Part shown: piece by piece, positions 10,190-20,181 of the stretch | Layout of the letters: each line of letters opens with the position of its first letter | Position numbering within the stretch: the first letter of the stretch is position 1 | Virus record (IMG/VR): IMGVR_UViG_3300046665_000434 | Location: 32,001 to 96,000 of that record | Origin: a virus | Strand: one strand, 5' to 3' | Length of the DNA: 64,000 nt | Program-made: the position numbers and the translations under genes | Notes under the pieces: generated by a model | What the model was told of the DNA's origin: nothing | What the model saw: only the letters and a program-made list of their open reading frames with translations | Database searches by the model: none

Positions 10190-10237
10190 GCATACAGCGG
10201 GGCGTTGAGCCCCGCTGTATGTCTCATCTTTTTTTTT
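10190..10237 (+). terminator. intrinsic terminator (CATACAGCGGGGC family)
   Basis: GCATACAGCGGGGC/GCCCCGCTGTATGT stem plus poly-T. Confidence 0.85.
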
Positions 10238-10251
10238 GACGTAAATTAACA

Positions 10252-10265
10252 CAGATATACATTAT
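10252..10265 (+). promoter_or_regulatory. putative phage early promoter motif
   Basis: CAGATATACATTAT, one of 8 intergenic copies of the consensus CAGTCATACATT. Confidence 0.6.
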
Positions 10266-10312
10266 CATCATGGGACTGGACGCAAGTCCTAATAACTAGA
10301 ACTCAATTAGGG

Positions 10313-10807
10313 GTGCAGCAAATGTCGTATCACAATCCAAAGACGGGGAAACCAGTTTCACAAGAAGTCGCATTGCTTAACATCGGTGTACCTAACGCCT
10401 CCGGCACGGTATACAAGCTCAACAATGAGCTGCGCCGCCAAGTACGCGAGATGGCATTGAAGGAGGTGTTGGTCGAATACACCACCGGCAAGCGACTCGA
10501 AGGGGCCGCTCTCTCACCTAATCCCGATCGGATCTGTGGGAAGATCAATGACCTTCGTTTGGTCGAATCGATCATGGATAAGGATCTTGCGTCCATCGTA
10601 GGCACCATCCATCCGTACGGTCCGTACGCAGTATATTTGCGCGACACGCTACTCGGCATCAATTCAAGTCCGGCGAAGTTCACGGTCAGGGCTCGGATTA
10701 CCCACATGGACCCTGAGAACCCAGGCCATCTGGTTGAACAGTCTGGTAAGAAACAGGTGTCTTTGGCCAAGATCATCTGCTGGGAGTTGACCTATGGCGA
10801 ACAGTAA
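10313..10807 (+). CDS. hypothetical protein, possible degenerate prohead-protease-fold paralogue
   Basis: PNASGTVY...GTIHPYGPY...FTVRA pattern. Confidence 0.55.
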   Translation: MQQMSYHNPKTGKPVSQEVALLNIGVPNASGTVYKLNNELRRQVREMALKEVLVEYTTGKRLEGAALSPNPDRICGKINDLRLVESIMDKDLASIVGTIHPYGPYAVYLRDTLLGINSSPAKFTVRARITHMDPENPGHLVEQSGKKQVSLAKIICWELTYGEQ

Positions 10808-11582
10808 GCGTGAGCTACCGCACTACATCCACAAGATCACCCATTCCAGCGGGTACTACCATCTGGCGGTCAGCAAAGACTCATCCTACAATCTGAGTGC
10901 GTTCATTGCACGGCTGAAGGTCTTGCGTAACCAGAGCCCCGCAACGCGGGTCAGTAACTTCCCGTTGAAACTGTTTGTGCACAAGTATCCTGACTTGACC
11001 CACTCAGACTTCAAGGTGGACGTGCTCAACAAAGGCGTACCATTTGACAGTTACGCTACGGCCAGTACGAACGCCGTTATCATCCTCACGGTGTTAGGGA
11101 CAGATATGCTGTTGACCACGGGGTATATTCCGCCCCTGAAGTGGCCTGCGTATCAGAAGGCTCGGTATGATTACGAAAACTGTACAGAACTAACGCCTGC
11201 GAAGCCTGAGCGTGAACACACGTTACATGAGATTCTCACTTCATGGGGCGGTACTGATACGTTTCGAGTCGATATCGCGATGTGTCCCATCGCTGATGTG
11301 ATCAGTTATCAACAACTCGAGATGTCGTATATCGACACCCCGACTGTGGATCTTACCCTGGACCGGGATCAGGTGTTAGTTGACATCATCCGCGCTCGAA
11401 CGCTGGTTGTTTGTAAGATCACTGCGGAACTGCCTCGCAGGCGTCGCACATCGGATGTCGGTGAGATCGACTTCATCGTCTTTGGCTCGATGATCTACGA
11501 GACCGTCCGTCAGATGGATCAAGAGTTGCGGAAGAAGATCTCCGAACATACTCCAACTACCCAGTACAAGTATACCCAATAG
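10794..11582 (+). CDS. hypothetical protein
   Basis: 262 aa ORF overlapping the upstream gene. Confidence 0.7.
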   Translation: MANSKRELPHYIHKITHSSGYYHLAVSKDSSYNLSAFIARLKVLRNQSPATRVSNFPLKLFVHKYPDLTHSDFKVDVLNKGVPFDSYATASTNAVIILTVLGTDMLLTTGYIPPLKWPAYQKARYDYENCTELTPAKPEREHTLHEILTSWGGTDTFRVDIAMCPIADVISYQQLEMSYIDTPTVDLTLDRDQVLVDIIRARTLVVCKITAELPRRRRTSDVGEIDFIVFGSMIYETVRQMDQELRKKISEHTPTTQYKYTQ

Positions 11583-11590
11583 GTGAGCGC

Positions 11591-11833
11591 GTGAGCCTTA
11601 GTCCTAAGATGGCGTTGATCAGGCTTGACATCTATTCGAAGACCTACGGGATATTCAGAGATGTCAAGCCGCTCGATAACCGATTGACAATCCTTGAGTT
11701 GAGGTTACATCAGATCAGCCCGTATAGCGCTGAGGCCCGAAAGCTGAATAAGGAATTCATCGATCTTACGAGGTATCGTGAGGCCGTCTGTTCGTTGTAC
11801 GAACTAAACAATCAAACCTTACCGCAATGGTAA
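11591..11833 (+). CDS. hypothetical protein
   Basis: ORF with SD AGGTG. Confidence 0.55.
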   Translation: MSLSPKMALIRLDIYSKTYGIFRDVKPLDNRLTILELRLHQISPYSAEARKLNKEFIDLTRYREAVCSLYELNNQTLPQW

Positions 11834-11845
11834 ATAGGAGTTATC

Positions 11846-12103
11846 GTGAGCAGAGCAGGTCAGCGCCAGCGCGCTCATCACCAGCAGAACCAAAAGTTCT
11901 ACGAGCTCGGTGTCAAGTTCGGCAAAAATGAAATCCCTTACGAGAGTATCGAGGGGATGAAAGCCACGAAATACGCTTGGAGTCGTTTCTATCTGGGCAT
12001 CAAGCACGGCATGAAGGAGGCCGGGGACATTGATCCTACCCGCCAGACCCATACGCCTGTACCTCATCACGGCTTCCAATCCAAGACTGATCCGCACATT
12101 TAA
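11846..12103 (+). CDS. hypothetical protein
   Basis: ORF with SD AGGAG. Confidence 0.65.
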   Translation: MSRAGQRQRAHHQQNQKFYELGVKFGKNEIPYESIEGMKATKYAWSRFYLGIKHGMKEAGDIDPTRQTHTPVPHHGFQSKTDPHI

Positions 12104-12117
12104 CTAAGGGGAATACC

Positions 12118-12780
12118 GTGGGTAAAGCAAGCCGTCTCAAGAAAGAACGTAAACAACCAGGTTACGTAGAACCGACCAAACCCGTTCAGCGGTTGGGCAA
12201 CTCGCGGCAGTCCGTGACGACTCAGTGCATGACTCCCCAAAAACAAACCACCGCCACATTCGAAACCGATCCTGAAGCCTTCGGCCCCGGTACTATCGGC
12301 TGGTGTTCTCGGGAAACGATCCAGGGCCTGATGGTCTCTACCAACGTGATCAGTATCGGGTTTGACTATCAGGTAACTCCCGCATTCCCGGTCACCCACA
12401 AACGGGTCCTGCGCGTATCGCTCCCGGTGTTGGAACGCGGTGACATTCTTGATCAAGGAGTGGCCAAAGCGATCTATGACTTCGTTATCGCCTGTGGTCA
12501 AGAGAACATCGTTGTCCACTGTGGCGAGGGTCGGATACGCTCCCCGGCGGTAGTCAACGCGATTGCCGCAGAGTTTGACCGTGTGCCTACACCTCGTCGG
12601 ATGTTTGGTGGCGGCTCTCTCAGCGATACCAACATGGACCGCGAACTGTTCTGTCAGTTGTCTGAGTATTTCGAGACCATGATCGCGATGGATGCTGACG
12701 GCATCGGCGTTGCTTCGGCCGAAACCCATGCTGCAATCGAGACCGCTCTGGACGCCGGCCAGATCATCGATAACCGTTAA
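12118..12780 (+). CDS. protein-tyrosine/dual-specificity phosphatase-like protein
   Basis: P-loop VVHCGEGRIRS (HCx5R). Confidence 0.75.
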   Translation: MGKASRLKKERKQPGYVEPTKPVQRLGNSRQSVTTQCMTPQKQTTATFETDPEAFGPGTIGWCSRETIQGLMVSTNVISIGFDYQVTPAFPVTHKRVLRVSLPVLERGDILDQGVAKAIYDFVIACGQENIVVHCGEGRIRSPAVVNAIAAEFDRVPTPRRMFGGGSLSDTNMDRELFCQLSEYFETMIAMDADGIGVASAETHAAIETALDAGQIIDNR

Positions 12781-12839
12781 ACGGCAAATACTCTGTCCCG
12801 ATAGTGGGACAGAGTAGCTAACTAACAAGAGCCTACAAC

Positions 12840-13469
12840 ATGATAATTCGTAGTCGTGCTAAACCTGTCGGCATTATCCCTCTCTGGCCAGAGTTCACAG
12901 GTATTCAAGTACAGATGATGGAGTTCAGCCCGCGCAGGCAGCAGCTGGGTAAGGACCTCTTGCCTTATAAGGACATCATCGCTGGACTGTGTAAGTACTT
13001 CGTTAGCCTCGATCAGAAATTGTTTCTGACGATCGATGAACGTGAACTGGTCCCAGGCGAAACCCATCGCCGCGCTGGCGCGCACATCGACGGTTGGTAT
13101 TTGAAGGACCCTAAAGCCGGTGAACTGACTGAAGGTTGGAGGCCAGGAGGTTATTGGGGAACTGATCGTAATCCAGGCATTACCTACGATTCGAAGTTCC
13201 CAGATGCTGGAATGTTGATCGCCAGTAACTATCCGGCCTGTGATGTCTGGACAGGTGATGTCGAAGGCGAGGTTGGTAAAGGTGGTGATTGCGAGCACCT
13301 GCGTGACCAGTTTGGTGGCATGGAGAAATTCACCATGCCCTCTGATATTGTCTACGCCACAAACGCGATGTGTATTCATGAATCGCGGCCAGTTACAAAA
13401 CCCGTGCGGCGTCAGCTTATCCGCATCACCACTTCAAACCTCCCCCATGTGAGGAATCTGTTTCTATGA
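12840..13469 (+). CDS. putative 2OG-Fe(II)/double-stranded beta-helix oxygenase-like protein
   Basis: HID ... HES ... R motif spacing. Confidence 0.5.
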   Translation: MIIRSRAKPVGIIPLWPEFTGIQVQMMEFSPRRQQLGKDLLPYKDIIAGLCKYFVSLDQKLFLTIDERELVPGETHRRAGAHIDGWYLKDPKAGELTEGWRPGGYWGTDRNPGITYDSKFPDAGMLIASNYPACDVWTGDVEGEVGKGGDCEHLRDQFGGMEKFTMPSDIVYATNAMCIHESRPVTKPVRRQLIRITTSNLPHVRNLFL

Positions 13470-14032
13470 AATCCAAACCAATCCTTGCTTTGCTCGTCGC
13501 TGCCACACCTGCTGGCGAGATCGGCTACCGTAACACCATCCCTTGGCGCCTCAAAGGCGATCTGCCGCGTTTCAAGCAGTTGACTGAGGGTAACGTGATC
13601 GTCAGTGGCCGTAGCACTCACGAGACACTCCCGGCGGTAATGGGAGGTCGTATCCGTATCGTGATGTCCAGATCTCCCGAGTATGTTTCTCAGGTCCATG
13701 ACCCGGAGAACAACATCTACGGCGTGGCAAATTTCGACGAAGCGCTGGAATTGGCCCGTACGTTCAAGACGGAGGCCATCTTCTTTATCGGAGGTGCCTC
13801 CGTCTACGAGGACGCTATGAAGTTTGTTGACAAGGCGTTCGTTACGCTGGTCCACAAGACCGCACCGAAGTACGACACCGTCATCAAAGGTTTTACGTTC
13901 GCCCCTGAAGACTGGGTAGTGGTGTCTGAGCGCCACATCACCGAGCCTGATTCACTCCACCCCCAAATCAACCTGCCTTCTCACACGTACTACGTGTTTG
14001 AGCGCATCGAGAATAAGGTAACGAAATCGTGA
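13466..14032 (+). CDS. folA: dihydrofolate reductase
   Basis: IGYRNTIPWRLKGDLPRFKQLT, GR.THET and FIGGASVY motifs. Confidence 0.95.
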   Translation: MKSKPILALLVAATPAGEIGYRNTIPWRLKGDLPRFKQLTEGNVIVSGRSTHETLPAVMGGRIRIVMSRSPEYVSQVHDPENNIYGVANFDEALELARTFKTEAIFFIGGASVYEDAMKFVDKAFVTLVHKTAPKYDTVIKGFTFAPEDWVVVSERHITEPDSLHPQINLPSHTYYVFERIENKVTKS

Positions 14033-14946
14033 TCACGCTCACCAAGAAACTGAAAGACGACTATTCGACGGTCTACGAGTTCCTCGATGACCTGTTCCCG
14101 GCTACCGGACAGATCCCCGTTGCTCTTTTCAGCGCCGGTAGTAGTAATGGCGTCCTCATGTACGACGCCGTGTTCACTTATCCGGCAGCTCCAATGGAAC
14201 GGGAAGTGCCTCCACCAGCGCCTAGCACCGGGCGTAAAATCGCCCAGTTCTTAGGTATGATCAAACCCCGTCCATCTACATTCACACCTGTCGAAAGGAC
14301 TGATAAATCCAACTGTCATCAGTTCAAGAACTTTACCGTAACTCTCCTCGAGCTGTCAGCCGTCGTAACTCTTCTGCTGGATAACGTCTGGTCAGCCCAT
14401 TACGCCGTCGCTGGGATCAACCTGGCCTCGGACTGGTGGTCAGAATCTGTCCACAACGATGACGAGCAGTTTGCAGCGCTCTACGATTACGCAACTCGCG
14501 GCTTGCAAGAACTGTCGCGCGAATGGGCAGATCACCTGGTTATCGAGAAGCAATTGCTCGAAGATCTGGCAGATTGCAAACGACGACTCACCAACGCCAT
14601 CGGCGGTAGCTTAGCGACAGTAGGCCCAACGATCGAGTACGTAAGCACGGCCTACCTTGCCCGCAGCTGGCGATTCGGTAATAGCCTGTACGCCGACTTC
14701 GACAATCTGGCTACGACCTACCATCCGCCTGAGATCATTGCTGAGATCAGTGCGTATCTGTCGCAGACGAAAGAAGCTACCATACCGCCGTCCCAGGCGT
14801 TCAACAGCTTCATCGATAACGTCCTCGAGATCGGCCCTGATTTCGATAACGTCAAGCCGCCTGTACCGAAGACGATTCGCCCTGAGAAGAAGCTTGAAAA
14901 CTTCCTCGGTGCAATCAACGATCAGGTCAACCAGATGTACAAGTAG
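14029..14946 (+). CDS. hypothetical protein
   Basis: 305 aa ORF, GTGA-coupled. Confidence 0.75.
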   Translation: MITLTKKLKDDYSTVYEFLDDLFPATGQIPVALFSAGSSNGVLMYDAVFTYPAAPMEREVPPPAPSTGRKIAQFLGMIKPRPSTFTPVERTDKSNCHQFKNFTVTLLELSAVVTLLLDNVWSAHYAVAGINLASDWWSESVHNDDEQFAALYDYATRGLQELSREWADHLVIEKQLLEDLADCKRRLTNAIGGSLATVGPTIEYVSTAYLARSWRFGNSLYADFDNLATTYHPPEIIAEISAYLSQTKEATIPPSQAFNSFIDNVLEIGPDFDNVKPPVPKTIRPEKKLENFLGAINDQVNQMYK

Positions 14947-14955
14947 GGACACTGC

Positions 14956-15063
14956 ATGAACTTGAAGAAAGCAGCCATTGAATTTGCAGTGGCTGCGCTG
15001 GCAACTCTCGTAGCGTACGTTATCGTAAACGTGGTCCTCACTGTGATCTCTGAATACTTCTAA
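14956..15063 (+). CDS. small membrane peptide
   Basis: MNLKKAAIEFAVAALATLVAYVIVNVVLTVISEYF fills the intergenic gap (below the ORF-track cutoff). Confidence 0.5.
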   Translation: MNLKKAAIEFAVAALATLVAYVIVNVVLTVISEYF

Positions 15064-15074
15064 GGATATCTGCA

Positions 15075-15281
15075 ATGGTAGAAACTCTGTCGATCAACAA
15101 ACCAACCACCCTCCCCGAAAAAGGCCAGACTTGGTATCGCAACAAGAACAAACGCAATGAAGTCGTTTATGTCGACGAAGTCAAGAAGTCGACAGTGAAA
15201 GTCAAGCGTGATGTTGACGCTAAAGACTCTCGCACCATCGCTCTGCCGGCCTTCCTTAAAGAATTCAAGTTGAGGTCGTAA
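15075..15281 (+). CDS. hypothetical basic protein
   Basis: ORF with SD AAGGA. Confidence 0.7.
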   Translation: MVETLSINKPTTLPEKGQTWYRNKNKRNEVVYVDEVKKSTVKVKRDVDAKDSRTIALPAFLKEFKLRS

Positions 15282-15556
15282 TGGAGTATCTAACGGTATT
15301 CCTTATTGTATTCGGCGTAATCGGTCTGCGCGCCTTCCAACAGAAAGTGGTCAATGCCAACAAGTACCCTCTCATGGGGATTATTGGCATGTGTATCTAC
15401 GCTGGGGAAGGTTCTGCAATCTTGCTCATCGCCAAAGGAACTATCGTCCACGTCTTGTTCGGCGCCTTAGGTGCCGGGCTTGGCGTGATGACTTTCGTTT
15501 ATGTCTATAACCGCATCTTCATCCCCGCACAAATGCGAAAGGATCATTACCGATGA
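15281..15556 (+). CDS. membrane protein
   Basis: three hydrophobic segments. Confidence 0.7.
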   Translation: MEYLTVFLIVFGVIGLRAFQQKVVNANKYPLMGIIGMCIYAGEGSAILLIAKGTIVHVLFGALGAGLGVMTFVYVYNRIFIPAQMRKDHYR

Positions 15557-16311
15557 ACATTGATCTCCGCCAAGTTTTCAAAGACTCCCCGTTTGACCAC
15601 ATTGTCGTCGAGATTAACAACTCGCGTAATCATGGCAGTATGATGAATAGTCGTACAGCAATCGTATCGGCCATGGCTGATCAGGGTTACACCTGTGTCT
15701 CGGTTTCTGTTCACGACACAATGGTCCAGCTCGGTTTCCTGACCAATGCCGATGCAGAAACCTATCGTGAGAGCATCGTGGCCTCGTGCCGCAACTCGCT
15801 TGGCGGATCTACTGTCCCCGAAGATCCAGACCGTATGACCACCAGTCAGCACACTCAGTATTTATTGGAGTTGATGGGCAAAGATCACGTTGATCTGGAA
15901 GACGTCCCCATGGGCTTGTTCTTCGAGAACTTAGAGCACTTGCTGACATACCCGCAACCTGTACTCCTCGATACTCTCGCGGCAAAGACGGCATGGTTCT
16001 ACCGAGTATTGGAAGCTATTGAAGACAAGCCACAATGGCAGGTCCGGGCCAAAGAAGGGCTTGCTAAAATCGAGGAGATCATTGGCGCTAACCGCCTCGA
16101 AAGCTTCAGAAATAGTGCGCTTTACAAAGCCACTAAACCTTTCGGTAAATTTGACTGGGCGACATTACGTAGCCGCGTTATAGCACCTCGATCGATTGCC
16201 GAATACATGGAGCAGCAAGATCGCCCACCATCCCCAACTGCTGTAAAGCGGAACGAGGATGATGACGAAGATATTCATTACCGCCTTCGTCGTGCCGCTG
16301 AAGAAGAGTAA
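15553..16311 (+). CDS. hypothetical protein
   Basis: 252 aa ORF, ATGA-coupled. Confidence 0.75.
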   Translation: MNIDLRQVFKDSPFDHIVVEINNSRNHGSMMNSRTAIVSAMADQGYTCVSVSVHDTMVQLGFLTNADAETYRESIVASCRNSLGGSTVPEDPDRMTTSQHTQYLLELMGKDHVDLEDVPMGLFFENLEHLLTYPQPVLLDTLAAKTAWFYRVLEAIEDKPQWQVRAKEGLAKIEEIIGANRLESFRNSALYKATKPFGKFDWATLRSRVIAPRSIAEYMEQQDRPPSPTAVKRNEDDDEDIHYRLRRAAEEE

Positions 16312-16317
16312 TTTCCC

Positions 16318-16545
16318 ATGTCTCAAATCGACTATATGGTCATGTATCGAGCCAATAGAAATCAGCCAGCTGATGGGAAAGTGATGGTGGAATCGACTGA
16401 TTCTTCATACCGCCTCTATGAACTCGGATTAGAGAAACTGGAAGCTCGGATCAAAGAAATGAATAGCCTGCCTGATCCTCCCCGGTCTCTTCTCGATGGT
16501 CTGTTGTTCCTTGGCGTAAATGTAACTTCCAACAAACCTTCCTAA
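16318..16545 (+). CDS. hypothetical protein
   Basis: 75 aa ORF. Confidence 0.55.
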   Translation: MSQIDYMVMYRANRNQPADGKVMVESTDSSYRLYELGLEKLEARIKEMNSLPDPPRSLLDGLLFLGVNVTSNKPS

Positions 16546-16569
16546 TTAGATGCATTGAAACTGGTGATG

Positions 16570-16581
16570 GTCACACATTAC
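16570..16581 (+). promoter_or_regulatory. putative phage early promoter motif
   Basis: GTCACACATTAC, intergenic variant of the repeated motif. Confidence 0.45.
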
Positions 16582-16624
16582 CCAACTAGCAACACCTCCC
16601 ATTAATGCGAAAAGGTAAGTCAAC

Positions 16625-16915
16625 ATGCAAATCTCCACCGCTGATCTGACCAAACTGAAATCTGACGACGTAGGCACCTTTGCCATCATGGCGCTGCAAA
16701 GCGAAACCACCGCCGTCCTGCTGGGCGAAGGCGATGTGCAAGTTACCGCGACCCTGGATGCTGTGAAAGAAGGCGAAACCCCGGTTATCACCGCTCCTGG
16801 CACCAAGGTCTACTTCAGCGCCGACGGCGTCGTCTTCCAGACCCATGCTCCAAAGTACTCGGCTCCTAAGGCCAAAGCTGCCCAGGGCTCCGTGACGATG
16901 CGTCAACAAGGCTAA
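16625..16915 (+). CDS. hypothetical protein (strong codon bias)
   Basis: 96 aa ORF between the promoter motif and a terminator. Confidence 0.8.
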   Translation: MQISTADLTKLKSDDVGTFAIMALQSETTAVLLGEGDVQVTATLDAVKEGETPVITAPGTKVYFSADGVVFQTHAPKYSAPKAKAAQGSVTMRQQG

Positions 16916-16939
16916 ACCCTATCCGGCCGTAAGCGCCTA

Positions 16940-16985
16940 AATATAGAGCGGGTCGATGACCCGCTCTATATGTCCTTTTATTTTG
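16940..16985 (+). terminator. intrinsic terminator
   Basis: ATATAGAGCGGGTC/GACCCGCTCTATAT stem plus T-rich tail. Confidence 0.8.
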
Positions 16986-16997
16986 CGGAGACGTGCA

Positions 16998-17567
16998 ATG
17001 TCGTTGGTTCTCTACCATAATGGCCAATTGGCTGGTGACCGTTTAGGTCGGTTGTTTGCTCACAGTCATCTTGAAACTTGCGAAGACATGCAGAAGATCT
17101 TCGTCAATGATGCCAAGACGATCGCGATCGGTTACTGTGGTAACGCGGTGGATAGCGCATCTATCTTTGCCGTCATGGAAATCCTCAAGATTCGGATGAT
17201 GAGCCGAGAGGCCGAGTTATCAGAAGAAGGGTTCCTAAACGATGCTGAGGTTGATTGGGGGCCGATCAACAAACTGCCGACTTCGATGATTGCCATGACG
17301 CATACCCAGGCCTGGCATTTCGATAATGTCAAGGATAAACAGTTCACCGACATCACCGATGCTCGGGTAGCCATGGGGAATGGGTCGTACATGGGCTACG
17401 TCTGTCTTGCCCATGGCCTTACTCCTCACGATGCGGTGATCGAAGTGAGTAAGCTGTCTACTGACGTAGGTTACGGTGTTGACTCGGTCAAGATGTCAGA
17501 CCTCAAGCCTCTGAACCCTGCGGTCAAGAGAAAGCCTACCCCGCGCCGTAAAGGAACTCAAAAATGA
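16998..17567 (+). CDS. Ntn-hydrolase-like paralogue of 7260..8075
   Basis: MSLVLYHNGQLAGDR...MGNGS pattern parallels MTTVVFDGKILAADSR...IGSGS. Confidence 0.6.
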   Translation: MSLVLYHNGQLAGDRLGRLFAHSHLETCEDMQKIFVNDAKTIAIGYCGNAVDSASIFAVMEILKIRMMSREAELSEEGFLNDAEVDWGPINKLPTSMIAMTHTQAWHFDNVKDKQFTDITDARVAMGNGSYMGYVCLAHGLTPHDAVIEVSKLSTDVGYGVDSVKMSDLKPLNPAVKRKPTPRRKGTQK

Positions 17568-18109
17568 GTAATCTCGTACTGATGCAGGATGATCGAATCT
17601 CAATCCCCACTACCCTCATGAAGACCAACGAACTACCAACCCGGATTGCGGTCGATACGTTGATGCTTCCGGCCGGGTTGGTCATTCCGTTGGAGTGGAA
17701 CTACGGCAGTGTTGTGGACTATCTCGAAGGTAACTACAATACCGAATGGCAGGCACGGTCTGTTCCGGCGTTACTTGTTACGCCAAGTGGTAAGCTTTAT
17801 GAGTTCTTCATTGCCGAATCAAGGGAGCCGTTAGGCAACGAGGATTGTATCTATCCGATCACTGCCAGACGGTTGCTGCATGGTAAGGGTACGCGTTACG
17901 CTCGTGCTCAAGATATTAAACATGAAGAGATCGGCACCATGGCTCTTCACCTAACCGGAGACATTGACAAAGCGTTTGCGTTGGCAAAGAAGGTTGAGAC
18001 AAGACTTCAGTGGAGTTACGAAGTCTGGTCCATCGAAGAGATTACGAAGGCCCTGCATGCTAAGGGCTATACCGAAGACAAACCCTGGGGAAGGATGTTT
18101 AAACAATGA
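17564..18109 (+). CDS. hypothetical protein
   Basis: ATGA-coupled ORF. Confidence 0.7.
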   Translation: MSNLVLMQDDRISIPTTLMKTNELPTRIAVDTLMLPAGLVIPLEWNYGSVVDYLEGNYNTEWQARSVPALLVTPSGKLYEFFIAESREPLGNEDCIYPITARRLLHGKGTRYARAQDIKHEEIGTMALHLTGDIDKAFALAKKVETRLQWSYEVWSIEEITKALHAKGYTEDKPWGRMFKQ

Positions 18110-19257
18110 GTATCGATACGCTGATCATTGATGAAGGGCGCCACATCACCATCGACTTACTCGACCTGTCCAAACGGATCGATAAAGTTCCTGCCATGGT
18201 CTATCACATTCGGATGACCGCCGATGGTCGCTCGGTTCTGGCGAAGTCTCGTGATAAGTTTGTCGTCCCGAAGAAACGGTTCGGTAAACACGAGCTCTAC
18301 AAGAAAGAGATCCTCGCTCGTTATCTCGAGTGTAAGGACTCCATGGGCGCTCTGTTCAACGGCCTGAAAGGTGCCGGTAAGTCGATGCTTGCAGAAGATC
18401 TCTGCAACGAAGTGATCAAGATGGGTTATCCGATCATCCACATCGACAGCGAACTCCCGCCGAGTTTGATCCGCAAGTACATGAAGTTCATCGGGCCGTG
18501 CGCATTGTACTTCGACGAGTTCGGCAAGTACTACAAAGAAGAGCAGCGTAACGGCATGCTGACCTTCTTCAGCGACACTTCGCACGAGAAGGTTCTGTTC
18601 CTGGTGACCTCGAACACCACCATGGAGTTGAATGACTTCATGATTGATCGACCTAGTCGGTTCCTGTTCCGTATCAACTTCGATGGCGTGGACGCCGAGC
18701 TGATGACTGAGATCATCGAGGACTGGAAGCTTGAGCCAACTATCAGCGAGTATTTGATCGAGTACTGTAAAGTACATCGGGTCTCGTTTGATGTGATCAA
18801 TGCTATCTCCAGGCCAGCAATGGACAGCCGTACGGTCAAGGAGTTCGCCGATAAACTCAAGGTACTCAACGTCCCTCAGGCGATCTTTCCTCGCATCCGT
18901 GTTCGCAGTGTGATTTACAATGGCGAACCTTGGAAGGGCGATTACAAGGTCGATGAAGAGAACGGGAAGCTGTCTATCCAGCTCTTCAAACTGGGTGAAG
19001 TTGAGGCTGAGTATTCCGGCGAAGTCGAATGGCTGACCGCCAAGAAGATCATGCTCTCCACCGGCGTGTACAACGTCGAGTTTGATGCGGCGTTGACTGT
19101 CAAGCTGAACCGGTCATTCGCACCGTACAAGTTTGCCGCGGAACGCGAGTCGCCGGATTATGATTCTGAAGAAAAGGGTCCGCGGCGCCGTGGCGGATAC
19201 CTGGGTGACGGACACATGCCACCACCGATGATTTCGCCATTCACTAACGGGGGTTAA
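18106..19257 (+). CDS. AAA+ ATPase
   Basis: Walker A GLKGAGKS, Walker B LYFDEF, sensor TSN and RPSR arginine finger. Confidence 0.9.
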   Translation: MSIDTLIIDEGRHITIDLLDLSKRIDKVPAMVYHIRMTADGRSVLAKSRDKFVVPKKRFGKHELYKKEILARYLECKDSMGALFNGLKGAGKSMLAEDLCNEVIKMGYPIIHIDSELPPSLIRKYMKFIGPCALYFDEFGKYYKEEQRNGMLTFFSDTSHEKVLFLVTSNTTMELNDFMIDRPSRFLFRINFDGVDAELMTEIIEDWKLEPTISEYLIEYCKVHRVSFDVINAISRPAMDSRTVKEFADKLKVLNVPQAIFPRIRVRSVIYNGEPWKGDYKVDEENGKLSIQLFKLGEVEAEYSGEVEWLTAKKIMLSTGVYNVEFDAALTVKLNRSFAPYKFAAERESPDYDSEEKGPRRRGGYLGDGHMPPPMISPFTNGG

Positions 19258-19656
19258 TTGACCATGACCAAATACGTCAAAGGTGACATCATAGTTCACC
19301 GTAAAGGTGGGCGGTACGTCGTCGCCTACACGCCAGACGACGGGTTTCGTCTGGAACACAATAATGAGCCAGCGTATGCCTATCGTCGAGTGACTTCGGC
19401 GGGGGTTGTAAACGATACCTGGTTGCGTGGACAATCGGAAATTGAAGACGAAGCTCGTTTTCGTCATCTGTTCCTTAAAATCAATATCCCGGTGACCAAG
19501 AGTCCTCCCGGCCAGTTCGTTTTCATGACCCTCGATATCCTCGGAGCGTTGAAGCAGGTTCTCGATCCGATCCATATCGGCACTCTGATGGGCGATTTCG
19601 TACCAGCCGACGACGGAGCGAATCTCTCGTTCATGGAGGCTCCTGCTCCGGTGTAA
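19258..19656 (+). CDS. hypothetical protein (DUF1653-like N-terminus)
   Basis: HRKGGRYVV motif. Confidence 0.6.
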   Translation: MTMTKYVKGDIIVHRKGGRYVVAYTPDDGFRLEHNNEPAYAYRRVTSAGVVNDTWLRGQSEIEDEARFRHLFLKINIPVTKSPPGQFVFMTLDILGALKQVLDPIHIGTLMGDFVPADDGANLSFMEAPAPV

Positions 19657-19667
19657 CATAGACGATA

Positions 19668-19712
19668 CCATGGAGGGGCTTGCGCCCCTCCATGGATCTA
19701 CTTTCTTTTTGT
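19668..19712 (+). terminator. intrinsic terminator
   Basis: CCATGGAGGGGC/GCCCCTCCATGG stem plus T tract. Confidence 0.8.
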
Positions 19713-19729
19713 TTCAATGAACTTTATTT

Positions 19730-19742
19730 CAGTCATACATAA
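19730..19742 (+). promoter_or_regulatory. putative phage early promoter motif
   Basis: CAGTCATACATAA directly after a terminator. Confidence 0.6.
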
Positions 19743-19776
19743 CGCACATGAATACACATATCCCCTGGAGATAGTC

Positions 19777-20163
19777 ATGTCGTACCTGAAGATCGCTCTT
19801 GCTGCCGTTGGCGTTGTAGTTGTAAGCGCCGCCGCTATCAAGGCGGTCAAGGTTTACAACGAAGAACTCTCTGAGAGTAAGGTCAAAACTAAAACAACTG
19901 CCGAACAAGCAGAACAGGATATTGCTGACGCTAAAGCTGAGACTGAAAAAGTCAGAGAAGAATGCGAACGCAAGATGAAAGAAACTGCCAAGAACATGGC
20001 GGAAGATAGACGCCAACATGAAATGAAAATGGAGGAGTTGGCTAAGCAAGCAGAAGAGCAAGCCCGTAAGACGGCTATCCGCAAACAAGCACTCACCGAT
20101 TGGGAGGACAGTAAACTCAGTACAGCCGAACTCAATAAAATTCTCATGGACACAACACTCTAA
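19777..20163 (+). CDS. membrane-anchored coiled-coil protein
   Basis: N-terminal TM helix then E/K-rich helix; SD GGAG. Confidence 0.75.
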   Translation: MSYLKIALAAVGVVVVSAAAIKAVKVYNEELSESKVKTKTTAEQAEQDIADAKAETEKVREECERKMKETAKNMAEDRRQHEMKMEELAKQAEEQARKTAIRKQALTDWEDSKLSTAELNKILMDTTL

Positions 20164-20181
20164 TACGTACAGGACATTATC

